Below are positions 7,425-15,900 of a stretch of 38,230 nt of DNA, piece after piece; position 1 is the first letter of the stretch; the number at the start of each line of letters is the position of its first letter. The notes below the pieces were generated by a model. It worked only from the letters and a program-made list of their open reading frames with translations. It did no database searches and was not told the origin of the DNA. The stretch lies in IMG/VR virus record IMGVR_UViG_3300045988_172120, positions 1 through 38,230 of that record; one strand, given 5' to 3'. The stretch comes from a virus. The position numbers were made by a program, and so were the translations under genes.

Positions 7425-8319
7425 TTTTAGCTTCCTCCCCCTGTGCAACAAAAATGTATGGCACCGGGAAAACCGTTCCCACCTGTGTCCTGCCCCACAC
7501 GCTAGCATCCAGTGTTTCACACGGGTACGCTACCCTTAGAAACAGGTTAATGTTAGCAAACTCCAGGGTGTCTTTGATAGTGTTAGCCATTGTATCCTCC
7601 GCCAGGGTGATGGTGATCTCGGGTGAGTCCAACCCGGTTTCCACCCTACGGCAAAGGAATGGTGGCCCGGTGTACCCCTCGGTCCGGTAGATGAGGGAAG
7701 CGTTTTCCTGGATTAGTTTAGAGATAATCTCATCGGCCTTACCTATCACGGTGAACCCATCAACCTGGTTGCCCGCCCTGAAAAGTTTCAGAGTGTATTC
7801 GCGGGGCGACTTCAGTGTGTGAATGTTGTCTTTAATCTTTTCATTCTTCGTCTCTAACCAGGCTTTACGGTCCGAAACGGCGGGCATTTCACCCAACACG
7901 TCCAAGTATTCCAGGGCCTCAATCGTGACCGAATCAAACCGGTTGTTTCGGGTAGTGAACTTCGCCATTTTGATCTTGCCGAACCAGCGCACATCCCCCG
8001 CATCAATAAGCAGCATCTTTAAATCATCGTGTATTAGCGCACCCAAAATTTGGATATCATGCTCGCTACCCTGCGGGGGCGCGAATACTCCGGCTAGCGA
8101 ATACTCCACATCCAACCCGACACGGACACTAGCGGTACCGGGCTGGTTGTGCTGAAAATTATAGGAAAGATCACTATAATTATCCAGCTCGATCATGGGT
8201 TGCCCGCTGCCGTTGCATAAGCAAACATACACACCACGTTGCTTAATCACGTTGGCGCGCAGGTCAAACCATTTTTTCCACGCCTCCGTGGTGTTCATCG
8301 TGTCAAGTATGCCCGGCAT
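7417..8319 (-). CDS. Minor tail protein (Tal-like position)
   Basis: 300-aa ORF, second gene of the tail-tip block. The call rests on synteny only. Confidence 0.6.
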   Translation of the reverse strand: MPGILDTMNTTEAWKKWFDLRANVIKQRGVYVCLCNGSGQPMIELDNYSDLSYNFQHNQPGTASVRVGLDVEYSLAGVFAPPQGSEHDIQILGALIHDDLKMLLIDAGDVRWFGKIKMAKFTTRNNRFDSVTIEALEYLDVLGEMPAVSDRKAWLETKNEKIKDNIHTLKSPREYTLKLFRAGNQVDGFTVIGKADEIISKLIQENASLIYRTEGYTGPPFLCRRVETGLDSPEITITLAEDTMANTIKDTLEFANINLFLRVAYPCETLDASVWGRTQVGTVFPVPYIFVAQGEEAKNA

Positions 8320-8323
8320 TTTC

Positions 8324-9244
8324 TTAGCTTTCGTCCCCGCCCCATGGTACTAGGTGGCGTTCCTCATAATCAATCCTATAATCGAAATTGCTTGTGAAAC
8401 GCACCACATCACCGGCAGGGGACTGCAAATGTGCATAATCCTGTGGTTTCAGCTGGTCAGTGATGGACTTAAGCACCTTACTATTGTTGACGCGACGGAC
8501 CACGGGGGCCTCGCCAAGATCAAAATTGATGTAAGCAAGCCCCTCGAAGTCGCCCGCTTCTAAGTTTAGGTTAAGAAAATCCAGGCCGGTGCCCCGCCAC
8601 ACCCCCTTAAAGCTGGTGGTCTCATTCCGTTTAAACCTGAGAGTCACCTTAAAACCGGAAGGAATGTTTGACTTGCGCTGCAAACTTGCCACCTGCACCC
8701 CATTTTGCAATTCGGGGTAGACGCTTTTGACCTGGAACCAAAAACCGTCATCGCAGATCACGGGCACAATAACCTTGATGTTATCCTGGTCAAAATCTTG
8801 CGGGTCGGGGTTCGGCCACGCTAGTGAACGGGTGGTGCGCAAACGGGCACTATAGGTTGCGTTGTAGAACTTGTCCTGGCCTTGCCCGTAGGAGGTGAAT
8901 GGTGCGTTATGCACGTTGAAAATGAAAGTCTTACCTGGCTGCACCTCATTCTGTAATCTTAAGAAAGAGTTATACAAACTTGCTTCCCCGGTTTTGGCGG
9001 GGCCGGGGGTGACAGATAGAGTAAACTCCCCGGTGAACGGCTTAATACGGTGCCCTTTATACACCTGCCCCACACCGTTCACGGGGTTTTGCACAGTGTC
9101 CTCAAACTCACCAACCATGCCCTGGACACTTTCCTCAACTAGGGTGTAGTCACGGTACACCCAGTTGCTGTTATCTGGATTGTTTTTCATGTGTTCAAGA
9201 TCAGGCTTAATAAAGCCTAAGGAACCAAGAGATGCCGATAGCAT
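8324..9244 (-). CDS. Minor tail protein (distal tail protein position)
   Basis: 306-aa ORF with SD GGAGG, first structural gene after the tape measure region. The call rests on synteny only. Confidence 0.6.
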   Translation of the reverse strand: MLSASLGSLGFIKPDLEHMKNNPDNSNWVYRDYTLVEESVQGMVGEFEDTVQNPVNGVGQVYKGHRIKPFTGEFTLSVTPGPAKTGEASLYNSFLRLQNEVQPGKTFIFNVHNAPFTSYGQGQDKFYNATYSARLRTTRSLAWPNPDPQDFDQDNIKVIVPVICDDGFWFQVKSVYPELQNGVQVASLQRKSNIPSGFKVTLRFKRNETTSFKGVWRGTGLDFLNLNLEAGDFEGLAYINFDLGEAPVVRRVNNSKVLKSITDQLKPQDYAHLQSPAGDVVRFTSNFDYRIDYEERHLVPWGGDES

Positions 9245-9278
9245 GCTACCTCCAAATGTTAGGGGTCAAAACTAAACT

Positions 9279-9300
9279 ATTATAGCATGCTACAACAAAA
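9279..9300 (-). promoter_or_regulatory. Late-type extended -10 promoter TTTTGTTGTAGCATGCTATAAT
   Basis: Minus-sense TGCTATAAT (extended -10), 34 nt upstream of the ATG at 9244. It is 20/22 identical to 22682..22703 and 17/22 identical to 26895..26916. Confidence 0.65.
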
Positions 9301-9326
9301 CGTGTTCAGCACCACACGGGCACGGT

Positions 9327-9354
9327 TTGACAGTAGGCGTGTGGCGCGTATAAT
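9327..9354 (+). promoter_or_regulatory. Consensus promoter TTGACA-N16-TATAAT driving the moron
   Basis: ttgaca at 9327..9332 and tataat at 9349..9354. It sits back to back with the minus-strand promoter at 9279..9300. Confidence 0.8.
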
Positions 9355-9379
9355 TAAAAGCATCAGGTTGAAGATAAAG

Positions 9380-9399
9380 CCCAACCAAAGAGTGTTGGG
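9380..9399 (+). promoter_or_regulatory. Conserved leader stem-loop (cccaac-caaagagt-gttggg), second copy
   Basis: Aligns with 665..683. The whole leader plus SD plus ATG is conserved between the two loci. Confidence 0.55.
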
Positions 9400-9422
9400 G
9401 CCTGAAGTCCAAGGAGGACACC

Positions 9423-9746
9423 ATGGCCAACATTACAATCTACCCCAACGGCATCACCGGTAAAGAATGGGTGCACCCCACCACTGGGGAAACCCGCATC
9501 TACCTCAACGACTGGCTGGAAGCCGTGGGGGTTGAACTCAGCTACTACGGCACCGGTAACATCTGCTACGCAGAGTTGGACGGCAAAAAAGTGAGCAACA
9601 ACACAGGCAAATCTTTGAAAGCCATGAAAGCCTGGATTGATGCCGATGGTGAGGTGCATGTGAAAATCAACGACCGCGCCCGCTTCTATATCAAAGAAGC
9701 TACCCTGATCGAGCGGATTAAGGAGGCACTGAAGGAAGATAAGTAA
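9423..9746 (+). CDS. Hypothetical protein, reverse-oriented moron inside the tail module
   Basis: 107-aa ORF with SD AAGGAGG, its own consensus promoter and a downstream terminator. There is no TM or signal peptide and no motif recognised. Confidence 0.85.
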   Translation: MANITIYPNGITGKEWVHPTTGETRIYLNDWLEAVGVELSYYGTGNICYAELDGKKVSNNTGKSLKAMKAWIDADGEVHVKINDRARFYIKEATLIERIKEALKEDK

Positions 9747-9775
9747 AAGCGTTCTCTCCCCTCTTCTCGCATCGT

Positions 9776-9806
9776 AAAAACACCCCCAAATATCAGGGGG
9801 TGTTTT
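9776..9806. terminator. Bidirectional intrinsic terminator (moron on plus strand, tape measure on minus strand)
   Basis: Stem acaccccc (9780..9787) / gggggtgt (9796..9803), flanked by AAAAA upstream and TTT downstream, so both strands see a stem plus a T run. Confidence 0.8.
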
Positions 9807-9831
9807 CCTTATGCCCAAACCGTAGCAGTGT

Positions 9832-9906
9832 TGCCCACCAGGGTAAACGCTGTTTAAAGCGTCTAGCGTGGCCATAGGTGGGGCCAACGCCTAGAATGAA
9901 CAATCA
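9832..9906. repeat. Conserved ~75-bp intergenic element, copy A
   Basis: Ungapped alignment with 24038..24112 gives 56/75 identities by manual count. The first 26 nt (2 mismatches) and the last 14 nt (identical) are the most conserved. Confidence 0.8.
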
Positions 9907-9965
9907 CCCCAGCCCCACCACGATAGCCCCACACAAAGCAAATGAGAGAGTGGGGCAAATCACAA

Positions 9966-12900
9966 TCAGTCCGCCTTACGCAAAGACCGCTGGAAGTCCC
10001 AAGCGTTCGGCTTCTTCTCATCCTCAATCTCACGCACACGCAAATCCAAATCCGCCTGCGACTTACTAATCTGCTCCAAAAGTGCCTTCACCTCATCGGC
10101 ACTATACGCGGTCTTATCCGAAGGCAGATTCACAGTCACAGTAGCGCGCTTATTGCCCACGCGCTCCGACTCCGCAGCCGCATGCTCAGCCTCAGCACCA
10201 GACTGACGCAAAGCCAAACGCAAATCCCGAATCGTGTCCTTATGCAAACGAAGCTCAGAATTGCGCTGCTGCTCCGTCACATCAGCCAGATGCTTCAACG
10301 CATCCACGGTCTCTTTCGAGGTGGCTTCCTGAATTTGCTTGTTAATACTAGCCAACTCAACAAGCTTACTGAGCTCCGATTTGCGCAGCTCACCAGCGGT
10401 TTTGTTGTACTCGCGTTCATTCTGCAAGTTTTGCAAACGTGACGCATAGTCATTCTGCAACGCTTCCTGACGACGCTGGAACTCTAGGTTTAAGCGCTCC
10501 ATGTCGGTTTTCATATTCTCAGCAATCGTGCCGAAAGCTGAATTAATAATCTCGGAACCAACCTTCGCCCCGCCAGTAGCCGCGTCAACACCATACCCAT
10601 TCACGCCAGCAACAGCGCCACCAGCGGCGGCGGCGCCACCAAGCAGCGTGGCCAAACCTAAGGATAGTTTCTTACCAAGCGATAAGCCCTTGAAAACCTT
10701 ACCGGTCTCATCCTTATTGGCCTTGAGTGCATGAAACCCTGTGAAAATATCACCAATGCTCTTAATCGCAGTCAGAGCACCACCCACACCGGTAGCGATA
10801 TTACCAGTGTAGAAGCCAAGCCCAGCTGATACCAGACCGCCAAGCACACCCATCAGGCCGCTAGCACCCTTCTGCAAACCCTGCAAACCCTTCTGCGCCC
10901 CAGACAAACCAGGCGTGTCAAGCCCGTACAGTTTAGCCGCCTGCACCTGCAACTTTTGCGTAGACAGTTTCAGCAGCTCAGCAGCCTTAGCCTGATTCAA
11001 AGTAGCCTCAGCAGCGGCGAACGCAGCATCCTTCGCCTGCATCATAGCGGTGTGTTGCTGAAGCGCATTCTCAGCTTGTACACGGCGAAGCTCCCACTCC
11101 GCAGCCCGAACCTGATTCGTGCGACGCTGCGCCTCACCGGCGACCGTACCCCACGCCCCAGTGCCTTTCTCAATGTACCGATCAATAGCGAAACCAAATT
11201 GATCGTACATCTGCTTGTTCGCCTCAAGCCGGGCCTTGTCCAATGCTTCAAGCGCTTTCGCCTGATTCAGCATCCCGTTTGCGCGGGTTTGCGCAAGGTT
11301 GAACTCCGCATTTCTCAGGGCGATAGCCGCCTGCGTTGCGGTAAACATCGCCTGCGTCAAATCGTACTTGAGCTTGCGAACCTCTTTACGGGTTTTCTGC
11401 ACAGTGTCGTGGGCTTCCGAAACAACCCCCGCAACCAGGGCAAACGCCCCAATCATGGTGGTGAGTTCAGTCTGTGCCGCGGTGATAAGATCACGTATTG
11501 CTTGGATACGTGCCGCCATCACAGTGCGCTCCGCAACCTCGATCTGCTTCAAGGCGTCACCGTTTTGCTTACGAACCTTAGCAAGCTTATCCTCAGCCTT
11601 ATTCAAAGCCTCAAGCTTTTTCTTCTGTTCCTCAGCATTCTTATTATCGGATTTATCAATCGAAGCCGCGGCGTCCTCACGTGCCCTAGCCAGACGCTTC
11701 TCCGCATCAGCAATCTTCTCAGCCTTATTCTTGGCCTTTGAGGATCGTGCACGGGCCAGTGCCGTTTCAGCATCCTGAATCTTCCTAGCCGACGCCGTGG
11801 AAACCTTCGCCCCTTTCGCTTCGGCTTCCTGGTATTCCTTGCGGGCTTTCTCAACCTCTTCTAAGGCTTCCTTCTCCGCCTTCGTGTTGTCCACCACTTG
11901 GCGCCGGGTTTCCGCCAAACCCTGCTCAGCATCCTGAACAATCTGCGCGGACCCCAGAAAATCGCCCTCATAGTCAGCACGGCGTTCCTCCCACTGCGAG
12001 CCGATACGCTCAACAATGGGCTCCATTTTACTGACCAAACTATCAATCGAGTTAGCCAAATGGTCAAGGCCTAGGAACTCTTGGTGAGTTAGCACACGTT
12101 CCGGCTTACCGGACAGGTTCACTGCCATACCGCCAGAAGGCAACCAACCACCATTATCATACAAGCCGGTGCCCTTAACCAGGGATAACGCCCGATCCAT
12201 TTTCGTTGCGTACCGTGTTGGGAAAGCGGACACCTGCACACCCTGCGCCACAGCACCCGGTGACATTGCCTCCCACCCCGGGAACTTCGATAGCATGGCC
12301 TTATAGAACAGGCCAGCGGATTTGTAGGGGTCCATGCGTTCCGCAAGGGTACCCCAACCGGCTTGGCGCTGCTGGAACAAACCAACCGAATCATGATCCG
12401 ACCCCACAGCATCGTGACGGAACGCCAGCGACCCGGGAACCTTAGCGTTTGCAAACATTTTCAGGGGATCGCCGGACTCCACCAAAGCGGTGGCCACACC
12501 AATCATTGCACCCTTAGAAGAAAGTGAGTAATCTTTTGCGCGCCGGGAAATTTCGTGAACGAAATAATCATGGCCCCAGCCGCTATGTTTCTTACCCTGC
12601 TGACCGTACGGCACGTCCTTATCAGGGTCAAGGGTGAGCGGGTCACCCAATTCTTTGGGTCCAGCAACCCCACTACCCGTGTACTCGTTGCCACTACCAG
12701 TAAGCGCAGTGCCCTTCTTAGTTTCCTGTAAGCCATAAAACTTCGCCAAAGCCTTATGCAGCTCAGCAGCCGACCCCCAGCCGGGGGTACCCGAACCTGT
12801 GGAATCCCCGCTACGGGTAGTTGCGACACCCGAATCCAGGGTGAACCCACCACTATCGGGGCTATAGGTGATGCCATCAATCTTGCCTGGTAGGCCGTCG

Positions 12901-15900
12901 AAACGGTCTAGGGTTTCCTCGAACTTTTCAGCAGAATACTGTGGGCCGCCACCACGCAACCTGATAAACATTGCATCAGTGAACTGGGACAGGTTAGCGC
13001 CGGCCATGCCCCCCAGTTGGCCATTACCCCGCTGGCCACCCATTTCAACAAACACACTACCGGAACCATAGTCGATTTTACCAACAGTGTGCCCACCCCA
13101 CGGGCCGCCATTGAACCACCACATGGTGAACGTGTTAGCGCCACCAACACCCCTGTGGAAACCATGAGAAGCGCCCCAGTCGCCCTGATTCCCGGTAGCA
13201 AACTTCCGGGGGAATGGGTTTATGCCAGCAGCCAGGGCAGCGAAAGCGCTCATCGCGCCGGAACAGTCGCCCCAGTTTGAGCCACCCCACACATACGGTG
13301 CCCCCTCAAGCGGGCGGGAAGCCTGATAGCCCTTCACGGAATAGCCCTGGGCAAACCTTACCAGGTCACGGCCGGTAACACCACCCTCGGCAAACTTTTG
13401 GCCCCCATAAATATTCCCGGTGTAAGTAGGTTGCACAGGCATACCAGTTGCCTTATCCTGCAAACGCATGCCAAAAATATCAGCAACCCTACTCAGGATA
13501 GCGGTAGACCGTGCCCGCTTAGCCGGGGCCAACGGAATATACGCCTCACCACCAGTTTCAGGTTCAGCCCACACGCGCCACTCGCCCGGTGCCGCAATCG
13601 TCGCAGTATGATTCTCACCACCCTTAGCAAAAGCTAAACCACCACGAGCATAGCCGACAATACCCCCATTAGCGTGACGGGACCCCTCAGTGTTGATACT
13701 AAACGCCGAAGATGCTACACTGGAAACTTTGTCCTGGATAGCGGAAACCTTCTCATCCAGCCAGTTCATGACCTTAGCGAAGCCCTCGCGCAAACCATTA
13801 AGCAAACCGGTGAAAATATTAATACCAGCGTTGACCAGCCAGGCCCCCGCTTTAGCAAAGAAATTCTTAAGCTTATCCGGGAACTCGGAAGCAAACTTCA
13901 AGCCCTTGCTAATCATCTCCGCAAGATGCGTCAGAAACTGGTTCTTCCAGCCAGTGACCGTGATAATCACCTTGGCAACACCCGCGTGGAAGCCCTGAAC
14001 AATATCCCCCCACATGTTCTTAATCTTATTCACAGCCGCATCTTTGAACGCCCCCAGCTTGTCCTTCACATTCTCCGCAAACTCATTAAACCGGTTCTTA
14101 ATGTTCTCCCCGGCCTCGCCCCAAATTTCCTTAATGTGGTCCCACATGCGGCCAAAAGCTTTGGGCACATCCTCCCAATTACCGGTCACAATATCTACCA
14201 GGGCGACGAAGAAGCCGGAAAACACTTCTTTCACGGTGTCGATGCTGGCACTGAAAATGTCCTTAACATTTTCCCAGCCTTTGCTAATAGCATCCCCGAT
14301 GATGTCCTTGAACACCCCGGCCCCGGTTTTGAGGTTTTCCCAACCCTCACTCAGCCACGTGCCCACATTGCCAGCAAAGTCTTTCACAGGCCCCGCTAGT
14401 TCGTTAAAAGTGTTGGTCACCTTATCTTTCAGTGAGGACAAGCCTTCAGTTGCTGCCTGCCATTTCTCACTAAACCACTGCCCAATATTAGCCAAGCCTT
14501 CCTTGACGCCTTCCCAAGCATTCTTAAGAAAGTCTGTGAACTCACCCCAAAGGCGTTTACCGGTTTCGGTTTGGGTGAAAAAATACACTAGGCCAGCAAC
14601 CACGGCAGCAATAGCCAAGCCCAATGCAATGAACGGGTTCATGGCCATCACTGCGTTCAACCCTGTGAAACTGCCTGTCAACCCCAGGTTAGCGGCTGTG
14701 GCTGCCAAGGTTCCGGCCCGCTGTGCGGCTAGCAGGGCAGGCATCGCCTGAAGTAAAACCATGAAATTCCTGATAGCACCAACAGCCCACACCCCGGCCT
14801 GAACCGCTTTCAGCATGGTGTACGCACCAATCACGCCACCAATCATAGCCGCAATCGTGCCCACAAGCTCATTATGCTGGCGAATCCATTCAACCGTTTT
14901 GGAAAAAGCTTCGGCAACGCTACCAACAGACTTCCCCAATTGATCCATCCACACTTCAAGATGGGGGGCGATCACCTCATAGATGCGCAATTTAGCATCT
15001 GACAAGGCGTTATCCCAGCGTTCCATGGCGCCGTTCAACCCGCCAAGCTTCGCCCCCGCGGTTTCACCAGCGGTACCAACCGCATCCATTTTTCCACGCA
15101 GATTATCAAACGCTTCAACACCACTACTAGCGGCGGTGGTGGCGAACGACACGGCTTCACGCCCGAACGCGGTTGATGCTTCGGCAAGGAACGCGGACTC
15201 ACCCATACGCTCTTGCGCATCATGCAACTGTATTGTTATTTCTCTCAGCCCAACAAACTTACCGTCAGCGTCAAACGCTTGGATACCCATGTTTTCTAGG
15301 GCTTTCGCGGCTTGCTTAGAAGGCGATGTGAGAGAAAGTAAAGCGGAACGCATAGCGGTACCCGCCATGGTGCCCTTCACGCCCTGGTTAGCAAACAAGC
15401 CAATATAGGTGTTCGTGTCTTCTAAGGAAACACCCAGGGTTGCCGCGGTAGGTGCCGCCATTTTCAGGGCCTCACCCAGATCAGTCACAGTCGTGGCAGT
15501 GTTGTTTGCAGTGTTTGCAAGAACATCCGCCACCCGTGTAGCCTGGTCCGCAGCCAAATGAAAACTGTTCAGTGCCGCAACCTGCAAATCCGCGGCGTCA
15601 CCAGCACTAATCTGCGCTGCACCGGCAAGCTGAATCGACCCCTTAGCCGCATCCATAGCCTGTGAAACATCCATGCCGCCCTTAGCCAAAGCGAGCATCG
15701 CGTCAGCAGCTGATGCTGCGGAAGTGCCAGCCAACGACTCGTCGTTACCCAAATCCTTAGCATGCTGCTTAACCTTTGCTAGCTGCTCCGCAGTCGACCC
15801 CGTGACGGCACCGAGCGACCCAAGCACACCATCGAACTCGCGGCCTTCCTTAATGGCTTCGCTCAGGAAACCCACGCCACCAGCAAGCCCCAAACCAGCA

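Noticed and set aside
9363-9887. 174-aa minus-strand ORF covering the moron locus.
   Set aside because: It runs antisense to a gene that has a consensus promoter, strong SD and terminator, and it reads straight through the terminator hairpin. It has no SD of its own.
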